Shown here one piece after another: positions 8,613 through 18,087 of a stretch of DNA of 32,000 nt (position 1 is the first letter of the stretch; every line of letters starts with the position of its first letter). Under the pieces are notes generated by a model, which saw nothing but the letters and a program-made list of their open reading frames with translations, was not told where the DNA came from and searched no databases. The position numbers were made by a program, and so were the translations under genes. Source of the stretch: Caldimicrobium thiodismutans (lineage in GTDB: Bacteria; Desulfobacterota; Thermodesulfobacteria; Thermodesulfobacteriales; Thermodesulfobacteriaceae); contig NZ_AP014945.1 in the NCBI RefSeq assembly GCF_001548275.1, forward strand, positions 1,410,001 to 1,442,000, in the 5' to 3' direction.

Positions 8613-9916
8613 ATCCTTCCAACACCTGAATAGCTAAAACCAAGTTTTTTGACTGTTTCAGGTTCGTAAATATTTCGCATATCAATAAGAACTGGATTTT
8701 TCATAAGTTTTTTAATTTTAGCAAGATCAAGAAACCTGAATTCATTCCACTCCGTAAGAATAACCATAGCATCCGCTGACTTTAAGGCTTCATCAGGGGA
8801 ATTAGCATAATCTATAGAAAGCGTTCCTACGGTTTTTTTAAACTCTTCCATAGCTACAGGGTCATAAACCCGGACTTTGGCTCCCTTTTCCAAAAGGTGG
8901 GGTACAACCACTAAAGCTGGACTTTCCCGGACATCACTGGTATTGGGTTTAAAAGAAAGACCAAGAATGGCTATAGTCTTATTTTTAATCTCTCCCAGAT
9001 AGGACTCAAGCTTTTCAATAACGCGTCTTTTTTGCCTTTCGTTAACCTCGAGCACAGCCTCAAGAATTTTAAAAGGGGAGCTGCTAAGTCTACCCTGATG
9101 AATGAGGGCCTTGACATCCTTGGGGAAACAGGAACCTCCAAACCCAGGCCCGGGATTGAGAAATTTAGGCCCAATTCTTGGATCAAGCCCCATGCCTTGT
9201 GCAACCACCGTTACATCGGCTCCCACCTTTTCACAGAAATTAGCAATTTCATTGATAAAGGAAATTTTGGTAGCCAGAAAGGCATTGGAGGCATATTTAA
9301 TGAGTTCTGCTGTCTCAAGATTAGTAATAATAAAAGGGGTTTCTGCTAGATAAAGGGGGCGATAAATATCCTTTATAATGGCAATGGCATAGGCACTTTC
9401 TCCACCGATAATGACCCTATCGGGATGCATAAAATCCTCAACAGCATTTCCTTCTCTCAAAAATTCTGGATTTGAGATTACATCAATAGCAGAATCTGTT
9501 TTTTTATGTTGATTAATTAGATCCTTAATCCAGCGATTGGTTCCCACAGGCACGGTGCTTTTGGTAACAATAACTTTGTATTCGTCAACTACTTCAGCCA
9601 GTCTCAAGGCTACATCTTTTATCTGGGAAAGATCTGCTGAACCATCTGGAAGGGGTGGAGTGCCAACGCATATAAAGATAACTAAGGAATTTTTAACTGT
9701 TTTGGCAAAATCTGTGGTAAAGAAGAGCCTCTCTGCCTTAAGATTTTTTTTGACCAGATCATCTAAGCCAGGCTCATAAAAGGGAATCTGCCCCTTTTTC
9801 AATCTTTTGATCTTAGATTCATCTATATCCACGCAGGTAACCTTCATACCGAAGTCAGCCAGACCTGCTCCGGTAACAAGCCCAACATAACCTGTGCCTA
9901 TGACTGAAATATGCAT
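8609..9916 (-). CDS. ugd: UDP-glucose 6-dehydrogenase / nucleotide-sugar dehydrogenase
   Basis: N-terminal Rossmann motif ISVIGTGYVGLVTGAGLA. Catalytic GGSCFPKD. 435 aa. Confidence 0.85.
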   Translation of the reverse strand: MHISVIGTGYVGLVTGAGLADFGMKVTCVDIDESKIKRLKKGQIPFYEPGLDDLVKKNLKAERLFFTTDFAKTVKNSLVIFICVGTPPLPDGSADLSQIKDVALRLAEVVDEYKVIVTKSTVPVGTNRWIKDLINQHKKTDSAIDVISNPEFLREGNAVEDFMHPDRVIIGGESAYAIAIIKDIYRPLYLAETPFIITNLETAELIKYASNAFLATKISFINEIANFCEKVGADVTVVAQGMGLDPRIGPKFLNPGPGFGGSCFPKDVKALIHQGRLSSSPFKILEAVLEVNERQKRRVIEKLESYLGEIKNKTIAILGLSFKPNTSDVRESPALVVVPHLLEKGAKVRVYDPVAMEEFKKTVGTLSIDYANSPDEALKSADAMVILTEWNEFRFLDLAKIKKLMKNPVLIDMRNIYEPETVKKLGFSYSGVGRI

Positions 9917-9934
9917 AGAGAAAAAGTAAAGACC

Positions 9935-11026
9935 TTATGAGGTTTTTTTGGTCTTTGCTTCAGCGGTGATCAATTTTTTGGTCTTTTTCTTTGAGATATT
10001 TATCTTTTTATGAGATTGTTGGGCTAAAAGCTTTTTGTTCTTTGTGCTTTTGGAAAGATAGGTCTTATTTTTAGATTGTCTGGCCAGAAGTTTCTTTTTG
10101 GTCTCAACTTTTTTTGATGATTTGTAAAGACTGTTGGGTTTAAAATTTACAGGAATACTCAAATTTACCGTAGTATTTATGATAAGAGGAGAGGCCTTCT
10201 TTGCAAAGACAAGTTCTGCAAAATTAAGGAGTCTTTTGGTATCTTCCCATAGGGCATCTCTATAAGGAGCACCAAGTAAAGAGGTAATAACTAAACGATC
10301 TTTGATCTTGGCAACATTTACAAGACAGTGCTTAGAAAGGCGGGTATATCCTGTTTTCCCACCCAGTATTTCATCCTTTAAGCCATCCTCAAAAAGGAGC
10401 TTGTTTGTATTTTTAACTATGATTGTTCTTCCCTGTGAAGAGGTAATGACCTTGACAGGGAGGTTAATAATTTCCTTGATATGAGGATATTTCAGGGCTT
10501 CATATAATAGAAGGGCAAGTTCATAGGCTGTGGTATATTGATTGGAGGCAGGGAGCCCGGAGGCAGTAACAAAATGGGAATCTTTTAAACCAAGCATTCT
10601 GGCTTTAGCATTCATTAACTCTGCAAAAGCCTCTTCACTACCTGCGGTTGCCTCAGCAAGGGCTACTGCTGCCTGATTGGAAGATTTAATTAACATCAGA
10701 TGTAAAAGGTCATCCACTGTATAGGTTTCTCCTTCATTGAGATGGGGAGGTGAACTTGGAGTATCGTCAGCTTTTTTGGAAATAGTGACCCTTTGTTTTA
10801 GATTAAGCCTGTCCAGAACAACCATAGCCGTTAAGAGTTTGACTGTGCTTGCAGGCGGGATTTTGATATTTGGATTTTTGGCATAAAGAATCTGCCCGGT
10901 AACACCATCTAAAGCCACAGCTGATGTAGAGAGAACATTTTCATAATACTCAGAGATTTCTTCCCCCTTTGCGTGGGAGACTGAGATAAAAAGTATTAAA
11001 AAGAAAAATATTAGAATCTTTTTCAT
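9935..11026 (-). CDS. D-alanyl-D-alanine carboxypeptidase (S11, PBP5/6-like) with Lys-rich C-terminal tail
   Basis: Start moved to Met13 (ATG at 11026), which has SD GGGGGAA and a signal peptide MKKILIFFFLILFISVSHA. SxxK = ASTVKLL, SxN = SSNQ, KTG = KTGYT. Confidence 0.8.
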   Translation of the reverse strand: MKKILIFFFLILFISVSHAKGEEISEYYENVLSTSAVALDGVTGQILYAKNPNIKIPPASTVKLLTAMVVLDRLNLKQRVTISKKADDTPSSPPHLNEGETYTVDDLLHLMLIKSSNQAAVALAEATAGSEEAFAELMNAKARMLGLKDSHFVTASGLPASNQYTTAYELALLLYEALKYPHIKEIINLPVKVITSSQGRTIIVKNTNKLLFEDGLKDEILGGKTGYTRLSKHCLVNVAKIKDRLVITSLLGAPYRDALWEDTKRLLNFAELVFAKKASPLIINTTVNLSIPVNFKPNSLYKSSKKVETKKKLLARQSKNKTYLSKSTKNKKLLAQQSHKKINISKKKTKKLITAEAKTKKTS

Positions 11027-11211
11027 TTTTTTCCCCCTGAGGCATGGAATTGATAACTTCAATTAATATACCAGCAATCTTTGGAAAAGTCAAATAAAAA
11101 AGGGCAAAAAAATAAGAAGAAAATCTATTTTTTCCTTGATATTCCTTACTAAAATTCATTTTTTAAAATTTTTTTTTGAATTTTGTAAAAATCCATTCTT
11201 TCTCACTAACC

Positions 11212-11401
11212 TTTTGCATAAGTTCATACCCTTTCAAAAAAGAAAGGTGGTAAAAAGGTATAAAGGTGAGAGGTAAGAGGTGAGAGGAAGGAAAAAACCC
11301 ACACATGCATTTCATCAACAATGTTGGGGAAGCTTAGTATGTCTGCCCCGTAATGTAAAGGAACAGATAACAGGCAAACACATAGGTTTGTCCTTACCAA
11401 A
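11212..11401. repeat. Copy B of the modular intergenic repeat element
   Basis: Same ordered blocks as 4299..4510. It lacks the 28-nt hairpin and the internal CAAACACATAG duplication of copy A, and carries a different central insert (~11296-11340). Confidence 0.7.
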
Positions 11402-11540
11402 CCAAGAGGTTTAAAAAATTTATACAGGGAAGGCTTTAAAATTTTGGATAAAAGGATAATCCTCTTTATTGGCTAAAAAGGGAGATTTATTACCAAAGAA
11501 GCAGATTTAAGTTGTAAAGATATAGATGCAACCTAACCTC

Positions 11541-11568
11541 TTGTCCATTTTTTTATAGTTTATATAAT
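11541..11568 (+). promoter_or_regulatory. Sigma-70-type promoter directly abutting polX
   Basis: TTGTCC (11541-46), 16-nt spacer, TATAAT (11563-68). The ATG at 11578 is only 9 nt past the -10 box and has no SD. Confidence 0.4.
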
Positions 11569-11577
11569 ACATAGCAT

Positions 11578-13296
11578 ATGAAAAATAAGGAAGTAGCAGA
11601 AATTTTTAGAAAAACTGCCGAGCTTCTTGAGATAAAGGGTGATAATCCTTTTAGGATAAGGGCCTATGAAAGGGCTGCTCAAACCATTGAATCCTTAACC
11701 AAAGATATAGAGGAACTGGCTAAGGAGGGAAGGCTTGAAAATCTGCCGGGTATCGGTGCGGATCTTGCTGGAAAAATTAAGGAGATCTTAAAAACCGGAA
11801 CCCTCAGTCTTTATGAAAACCTTAAAAAGGAGATTCCCCCGGTTTTACTCAATTTTCTTGAGATTCCAAGCCTTGGTCCAAAAAAGGTCAAGGCTATTTA
11901 TGAAAAATACGGGATTATTTCTCTTGATGAACTCGAAAAGGCCTGTCTTCAGCATAAAATTGCTAAATTGCCTGGTTTTGGTTTAAAAACTGAGGAAAAT
12001 ATCTTAAAAGGAATTAAACTAATCAAAGAGAAGACAGGGAGAAGGCCCTTAGGTGAGGTTTTACCTCTGGCAGAAGAGGTTATCGCTTTGATAAAATCCA
12101 GGGCTCCCCTTCTTCAGATTGAGGTTGCAGGAAGTATAAGGCGAAGAAAGGAGACTGTTAAAGACATAGATGTTCTTATTACCTCTACCCACCCCCTTGA
12201 GGTTATGAAGGTGGTATCAAGCCTTCCCCTGGTTGAAGAGGTCCTTGCCTTTGGGGAGACCAAAACGAGTGTTCGCCTAAAAATGGGGATGCAGATGGAT
12301 GTGAGGGTGGTTGAACCTTCCGCCTGGGGTTCTGCTCTTGCTTATTTTACCGGGTCAAAGGCTCATAATATAAGAATAAGAGAACTTGCCTTAGAGAGGG
12401 GCTTAAAAATAAATGAATATGGAGTTTTTCGTGGTGAAGAGAGAATCGCTGGGAAAACTGAGGAGGAGGTCTATGCAATCCTCGGGCTTCCCTTTATTCC
12501 TCCTGAGTTAAGGGAGGATAGAGGGGAAATTGAGGCAGCCCTACAGGGAAGACTCCCCCAACTGGTAAACTACGAAGATATCCAAGGGGATGGACATGTG
12601 CATTCAAAATACAGTGATGGAATGGCAAGTCTTGAAGAAATTATGGCTAAGGCAGAAGCAATGGGGCTTTCCTGGGTTGCTGTCTGTGATCACTCTCAGG
12701 GGCTAAAGGTTGCAGGAGGAGTCCCGGTTGAAGACCTTTTTAAAAAGAAAAAAAGAATTGAAGAACTCAATGCAAGATCCAAAAAAGTTAAACTTGTCTT
12801 TGGAGCAGAAGTAGATATTCTTTCTGATGGCACCCTTGATTATCCTGATGAAGTCTTAAAGGAAATTGATTTTGTTATTGCAGCTATTCATACAGGTTTT
12901 CAGCAGACGGAAAAGCAGATAACCCAAAGAATAGTCTCTGCTTTAAAACATCCCTTAGTGCATGCCCTTTCTCATCCTACCGGGAGAGTAATAGGGGAAA
13001 GGGAGCCTTATGCAGTGAACATGGAAGAGGTGATGAAGACTGCTAAGGAACACGGTAAAGCCCTTGAGATAAATTGCTATTATAAAAGACTTGATCTTAA
13101 TGATATACATGTTAAGGCCTGTGTAGAAATGGGTATTCCTCTTATTATTGGTACTGATGCCCATATAGTGGATCAAATGGAGTATTTAAGGCTTGGGGTT
13201 TCTGTAGCAAGAAGAGGTTGGTGCGAAAAAAAGGATCTTTTAAATACTTTTACTTATGATAAATTTATGGAATGGTTAAGAGGTCTTAGAAAGTAA
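11578..13296 (+). CDS. polX: Family X DNA polymerase with C-terminal PHP phosphoesterase domain (PolX)
   Basis: HhH motifs (LPGIGADLAGKI, LPGFGLKTEENI). Pol-beta palm GSIRRRKETVKDIDVLI. PHP domain GDGHVHSKYSDG...CDHS...GTDAH. 572 aa. Confidence 0.9.
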   Translation: MKNKEVAEIFRKTAELLEIKGDNPFRIRAYERAAQTIESLTKDIEELAKEGRLENLPGIGADLAGKIKEILKTGTLSLYENLKKEIPPVLLNFLEIPSLGPKKVKAIYEKYGIISLDELEKACLQHKIAKLPGFGLKTEENILKGIKLIKEKTGRRPLGEVLPLAEEVIALIKSRAPLLQIEVAGSIRRRKETVKDIDVLITSTHPLEVMKVVSSLPLVEEVLAFGETKTSVRLKMGMQMDVRVVEPSAWGSALAYFTGSKAHNIRIRELALERGLKINEYGVFRGEERIAGKTEEEVYAILGLPFIPPELREDRGEIEAALQGRLPQLVNYEDIQGDGHVHSKYSDGMASLEEIMAKAEAMGLSWVAVCDHSQGLKVAGGVPVEDLFKKKKRIEELNARSKKVKLVFGAEVDILSDGTLDYPDEVLKEIDFVIAAIHTGFQQTEKQITQRIVSALKHPLVHALSHPTGRVIGEREPYAVNMEEVMKTAKEHGKALEINCYYKRLDLNDIHVKACVEMGIPLIIGTDAHIVDQMEYLRLGVSVARRGWCEKKDLLNTFTYDKFMEWLRGLRK

Positions 13297-13297
13297 A

Positions 13298-15775
13298 ATG
13301 TTTTACTTATTACAATTACCCATAAAAAATTTTCTCAAAGACACAGAGATCTTAACTCCCCCCATTGATATAACCCTTAAGGATTTGCTAAAGCTTTTTC
13401 AGAAATATGAAAGAAATTTTGCTGTTTTTATTAAAGACAGCAAACCTGTGGGGATAATTACTGAGCGAGATGTTTTAAAAGCTCTCCATGAAAAATATTC
13501 ATTAGATACTCCTGCTTTTCATTTAGCCAAAAGAGAGCTTTTTAAAATTAAAAGCAAGGATACCCTTTTTAATGCCTTTAATATCATGACTGAGAATTTT
13601 ATTAGAAGACTTATAGTTGTAAATGATAAAGGGGAGTTTGAAGGAGTTATAACTCAGCAGGATCTTATTCTTCACTCTTCAGCTGAACTTTTTAAGGGAG
13701 AAGGGAAAATCCGTGATCTTCTTGAGATGAAGGATAAACTTATTTATGCTGAAGAGTCTGATACTTTAGATATAGCTCTTTCAAAGATGGTCCAGCACAA
13801 TGTGGGATCCCTTCCTATTTTGGATGCCAGCTTAAGACCCATTGGAATAATTACAGAAAAGGATTTTTTAACCCTTGATTCTGATAATTTAAAAACCCCT
13901 CTTAAAGAGGTAGCGCTCAAAAAGGTTTTTACAGTAGGTATAAAAGATCCAATTATAAAAGGGATTGACCTTTTTAAGAAATATAATATCAGACATTTAG
14001 TGGTAGTGGATGATGAGGGAAGAGCTCTCGGGGTTTTATCTCAAAGGGATTTTGTGCAAAGTCTTACCTGCACTTATGCTGATTTTCTTGAAAGCAATCT
14101 CAAACAAGCTAAAAGCTTTATTTCCCTATTACCTGAGATTGTGCTTGAGCTTTCTGAATGTGATAGTGAATGTAGGATTACCTGGATGAACGATTTTGCC
14201 AAGAAAAATCTTGGGGAAAAATATGTAGAAAGAGATATATACACCCTTATTGATTTTGATGATTGGAATAGGGTTTATGGACTCTTAAAAAGAGAAAAAA
14301 TGATATATAAAGAAAAGATAAAGGGACAAGATGGGAAAATTTATGAGGTCACTGGCACTTATCTTGATTTTGGAATAAAAGAAGGCAAAATAAAGCTTTT
14401 TTTAAGAGATATTACCTATGAGTTTATCAAAGAGGAGAATTATCAAAGGGAAATCCGCTTTTTAAAGAGTTTTCTTGATAATTCTCTTGATTATATCTTT
14501 GTCATAGATAAAGATGGAAGAATTCGTTTTGCCAATACTGCCTTTAAAAAGGCACTGGGGTTTTCGGATGAGGAGATTAAAAATAGAACCATTTTTGATA
14601 TTGTAGATTTATCAGAAGAGGATTTGAGAAAAAATATGGAGCTCCTTATTAAAAAGGGAGTAGAAATTAAGGGAAGAAGGTTTTACAGGGATATTAATCA
14701 AAATCTTATTCCTGTTGAGATTAAGGCCAAGGCAGTTATTCTAAATGGAGATTTTTATATCATTATAAATGCCAGGGATATAAAAGAAGGCTTAGAGTAT
14801 GAGAGGGCTCTTCAGGAGCGTTATCTAATCCTTTCGTCCTTTTATGCCTTTGCTAACTCTCTTAATTATGCCAGAACTGAAGAAGAGCTTTTTCAAGTTA
14901 TAGAAAAGTTTTTATTAGAAAAAGTAGATACCTTTCACTATTTTGAAGTTGATAGTCAAACAGAGGAGATAAAAACTACCTACCTTGCGGGGAAAAAGGA
15001 ATACTGGAATGATTGCTTAAGTAGAGAGGCCAAGGAGTGCAGAGTTTATATAACAGGTAAGAGCTTTTTGGGTAAAGATGAGCATTTTTGTTCTCGCTTG
15101 AAAAGGCCTGATCTTCCTCACTTTTGTATTCCTCTTATTTTTGAAGGGCGTGTTCAGGGAGTTTTAACTTTAATAAGAGAAAAACCTTTTACAGAGGAAG
15201 AGCTCAAATTCCTGGAAGATAAGGTTCAGATCTTTAATATTTATTTAAATCAGATGAAATTAATAAAAGAATATAGAGAGCTTTCCATAAGGGACCCACT
15301 CCTGGGGATTTATAACCGGAGATTTCTTATTGAGATGCTTAAAAAGGAGGAGAAAAAGGCCAAAAGAACCGGAAAACCTTTCAGTATCATCCTTGCAGAT
15401 TTAGATCACTTTAAGAAAATAAATGATACTTATGGCCATTTTGTGGGGGATAGAATTTTAAAGGAGTTTTCTGACCTTGTAGGCTCTCTTATAAGAGGTA
15501 TGGATTATTTTGCCAGGTTTGGAGGTGAAGAATTTTTGATAATGCTTCCTGAAATTTCTAAGGATAGTGCAGTCTTAGTGGCAGAAAGGATAAGAAAGGC
15601 TCTTGAGAAGCATGAAATTTTAATTTCAGAAGGCCAAACTATTAAACTAACCGCTTCCTTTGGTGTGGCCGAATATCCTGCAGATGCCCTTAATTACGAA
15701 GGACTTATCAAAAAAGCGGATACAAGGCTTTATCAGGCCAAGGCTGAAGGTAGAAACCGAGTTGTTTTCAAATAA
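13298..15775 (+). CDS. Multidomain diguanylate cyclase: 4x CBS - PAS - GAF-like - GGDEF
   Basis: Repeated CBS signatures (GIITERDVL, GVITQQDL, GIITEKDF, GVLSQRDF). PAS region (SLDYIFVIDKDGRIRFAN). Active site RFGGEEF with the I-site RGMD five residues upstream. 825 aa. Confidence 0.9.
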   Translation: MFYLLQLPIKNFLKDTEILTPPIDITLKDLLKLFQKYERNFAVFIKDSKPVGIITERDVLKALHEKYSLDTPAFHLAKRELFKIKSKDTLFNAFNIMTENFIRRLIVVNDKGEFEGVITQQDLILHSSAELFKGEGKIRDLLEMKDKLIYAEESDTLDIALSKMVQHNVGSLPILDASLRPIGIITEKDFLTLDSDNLKTPLKEVALKKVFTVGIKDPIIKGIDLFKKYNIRHLVVVDDEGRALGVLSQRDFVQSLTCTYADFLESNLKQAKSFISLLPEIVLELSECDSECRITWMNDFAKKNLGEKYVERDIYTLIDFDDWNRVYGLLKREKMIYKEKIKGQDGKIYEVTGTYLDFGIKEGKIKLFLRDITYEFIKEENYQREIRFLKSFLDNSLDYIFVIDKDGRIRFANTAFKKALGFSDEEIKNRTIFDIVDLSEEDLRKNMELLIKKGVEIKGRRFYRDINQNLIPVEIKAKAVILNGDFYIIINARDIKEGLEYERALQERYLILSSFYAFANSLNYARTEEELFQVIEKFLLEKVDTFHYFEVDSQTEEIKTTYLAGKKEYWNDCLSREAKECRVYITGKSFLGKDEHFCSRLKRPDLPHFCIPLIFEGRVQGVLTLIREKPFTEEELKFLEDKVQIFNIYLNQMKLIKEYRELSIRDPLLGIYNRRFLIEMLKKEEKKAKRTGKPFSIILADLDHFKKINDTYGHFVGDRILKEFSDLVGSLIRGMDYFARFGGEEFLIMLPEISKDSAVLVAERIRKALEKHEILISEGQTIKLTASFGVAEYPADALNYEGLIKKADTRLYQAKAEGRNRVVFK

Positions 15776-15786
15776 GTCACATTTTT

Positions 15787-17976
15787 ATGTTCCTTGAGCT
15801 AAAGGGAGCCTCAACTCACAATCTTAAAGGTTTTGACTTAAAAGTTCCCTTGAACCAGCTTGTTATAATTACTGGTCCTTCAGGTTCAGGTAAAAGCTCC
15901 CTTGCCTTTGATACCATTGCTAAATTAGCAGAGTTACGCCTTAAACTACTTCAAACCTATGCAATCCCCTTAGGTGTAGAGGAAAATATAGAGGGTCAAT
16001 TAAGGGGCCCTATCCCTCCTGTTGTTTCCCTTGCTCAGGGAGTGAGAAACTGGTATCCCTATAAAAATGTTTCTGAAATTCTTGGGCTCTCTCGGTTTAT
16101 AAAAGCTCTTTTTGTGGAAAAAGGTAAAATCAGGTGCCCCATTTGCAGTGCTTTAAATGAGATTCACTCTTTACAACAGGTTATAAAGTGGTTTGAAGGC
16201 CTTTCTGAGGGAAAGAGATTTTATTTAATGTTACCTCTGTCTGAGTCCTCTCCCAAGGCTCTGAATTATCTTCTTTCTCAGGGTTTTACTCGTTATTTTT
16301 TTGATGGAAGGGAGATTGATCTCTCAGAAGAGGAGGCTCCAGCCAATTTTAAAGAGGTTCTTTTGCTCTTTGACAGGATGATTAAGGAGGAAAAAACCCT
16401 TTCAAGACTCTTGGAGAACCTTAGAGTTGCTAAGAGCATAAATCGCGGAAGAATAGTATTTGAGTTCTTAGATGATAGAGAAAGAGTTAACTTCAACCTT
16501 GGGGGTAGTTGTTTTTCCTGCGGAAACTCCTTGAATCAGAGCTTACAAAAATGTTCCCTCTGTAAGGGAGTTGGATTTAAAGAGAAAATTCCCTGCGCAA
16601 ATTGTGGAGGCCTTAAATATGAAAGAGCTTACTTAGAAAGTGAGCTCTACTCCACACCTTTATATAAAATCCTTTCCATGAGCCTTGGGGAGTTTAAAAA
16701 CTTTCTTTTAAATAACCTTAAGTCTGAAGAGAAAACTATCTGGGAAAATTATTTAAAAGTCCTTGAAAAGGCAGGCTTTTTAAAGGCAGATTATTTAAGG
16801 CTTTCCACTCCAGTTTTTGAACTTTCTCTGGGGGAGAGAAAGCTTTTGGAGATACTCTTGCTTTTTTCAGCAGACCTTCAAGGAGTTCTCTATATACTGG
16901 ATGAACCAACCCTTGGTCTTGATGAGACGCATAGGGGAAGACTCCTTGCATTAATTAAAGAGATCCTTGCTCAGGGAAATTCCTTTTTGCTGGTTGAACA
17001 CGATCTTGATTTTATTCGGAAAGCAGATTTTGTTATAGAGCTTGGACCGGAGGCTGGGGAAAAGGGAGGTTATCTCCTCAGGGCCTTACCTGTTGAAGAT
17101 TATTTAAAAGACAAAGAAAGCCTTCTGTATCCTTACTTTGAAAAATCAATTAGCTTTCCCAAAAAGGAATTCAAACCAGAGGACTTTCTTGAAATTTATA
17201 AAGAGGAAAAGATGATTAAGATCCTTTTGAGGGGGATAAATCTTTTTTACGGTGCAACGGGTTCAGAGAAGGATTTTGAATTAAGGAATTTTGTGAGAGA
17301 GCTTTCTGCACTTGGCTACAAAGTTATGGAAGGGGAAGGGATTTTTGATAAAAGGGGAGATAATTTCCTTGTGGATTATCTGGGAATCTGGGGGCTCTGG
17401 AGAGAGATTTTATTGGCTCTTCCCTCTGCCAAAGCTAAGGGGTTGACTAAGAGGCATTTTAGTTTTCATACCCAGGAAGGCCTTTGCTCAACCTGTAAAG
17501 GCAAGGGATATAAAACCTTAATGCTTGAGACTTATACCCTTAAAAGTCTCTGTGAAGAATGCCTTGGGAAGAGATTGAATTATGAGGTTTTAAATCTTAC
17601 TTATCGGGGTTTTAAAATTAGTGAGATCCTTGATTTTACCTTTGAAGAGGCTCTTGAACTTTTCACTCAGATATTTGAGATAAAAGAGATTCTTGGTTGG
17701 TTAAAGGAACTTAAACTTTCTTATCTTAAGCTTTCTCAGAGCCTTCCAGAACTATCCGGAGGTGAAAGATTAAGGATTGAAATTCTCCGTAACCTCAGGC
17801 AAAGAAGTAAACTCGATTTCTTGATTCTTTTTTATCCCTTTCAGGGCTTATCAATCTTAGACCTTGAGGAATTGCACCGGTTTTTTAGAAAGTTAAATTC
17901 CCATGGACTAACTATTTTAATCCGTGAAACTCACCCTTTAAGCAAAGCTTTTTCTGATAATATTATAGAAAAATGA
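15787..17976 (+). CDS. UvrA-like ABC ATPase paralog, shortened (729 aa) with one degenerate nucleotide site
   Basis: UvrA-type N-terminus THNLKGFDLKVPLNQLVIITGPSGSGKSSLAFDTI. Cys clusters (CPIC; CFSCG..CSLC..CANCGG; CSTCKGKG..CEEC). LSLGER + LYILDEPTLGLD, then YGATGSEKDF instead of a Walker A, then LSGGERLRIEI. Confidence 0.8.
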   Translation: MFLELKGASTHNLKGFDLKVPLNQLVIITGPSGSGKSSLAFDTIAKLAELRLKLLQTYAIPLGVEENIEGQLRGPIPPVVSLAQGVRNWYPYKNVSEILGLSRFIKALFVEKGKIRCPICSALNEIHSLQQVIKWFEGLSEGKRFYLMLPLSESSPKALNYLLSQGFTRYFFDGREIDLSEEEAPANFKEVLLLFDRMIKEEKTLSRLLENLRVAKSINRGRIVFEFLDDRERVNFNLGGSCFSCGNSLNQSLQKCSLCKGVGFKEKIPCANCGGLKYERAYLESELYSTPLYKILSMSLGEFKNFLLNNLKSEEKTIWENYLKVLEKAGFLKADYLRLSTPVFELSLGERKLLEILLLFSADLQGVLYILDEPTLGLDETHRGRLLALIKEILAQGNSFLLVEHDLDFIRKADFVIELGPEAGEKGGYLLRALPVEDYLKDKESLLYPYFEKSISFPKKEFKPEDFLEIYKEEKMIKILLRGINLFYGATGSEKDFELRNFVRELSALGYKVMEGEGIFDKRGDNFLVDYLGIWGLWREILLALPSAKAKGLTKRHFSFHTQEGLCSTCKGKGYKTLMLETYTLKSLCEECLGKRLNYEVLNLTYRGFKISEILDFTFEEALELFTQIFEIKEILGWLKELKLSYLKLSQSLPELSGGERLRIEILRNLRQRSKLDFLILFYPFQGLSILDLEELHRFFRKLNSHGLTILIRETHPLSKAFSDNIIEK

Positions 17977-18087
17977 ATTATTAAAAAATATAGTATAATT
18001 TTTATCTTTAGGTTTAAAAATCAATAAAAAAAACTTGAAGAAAGCTCCTAACTTGCCATATTTTAGCTTAATTGCCCTAAGATGGTC

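Noticed and set aside
8971-9353. Nested ORFs inside ugd, and the similar 60-130-aa ORFs nested in tsaD, ntrC-like, gyrB, dnaN, korA/B, the YeeE-like gene and others from the track
   Set aside because: All lie within or antisense to long ORFs with unmistakable family motifs. They have skewed, low-complexity composition and no SD.
10950-11159. 69-aa minus-strand ORF upstream of and overlapping the PBP gene start, and the Met1 (11062) start of the PBP ORF
   Set aside because: The internal ATG at 11026 has an SD and gives a canonical signal peptide. The 69-aa ORF is out of frame and of low complexity.
14353-14367. TGGCAC-N5-TTGA resembling a sigma-54 -24/-12 promoter
   Set aside because: It lies inside the diguanylate cyclase coding region, the -12 element lacks the GC dinucleotide, and no gene start is downstream.
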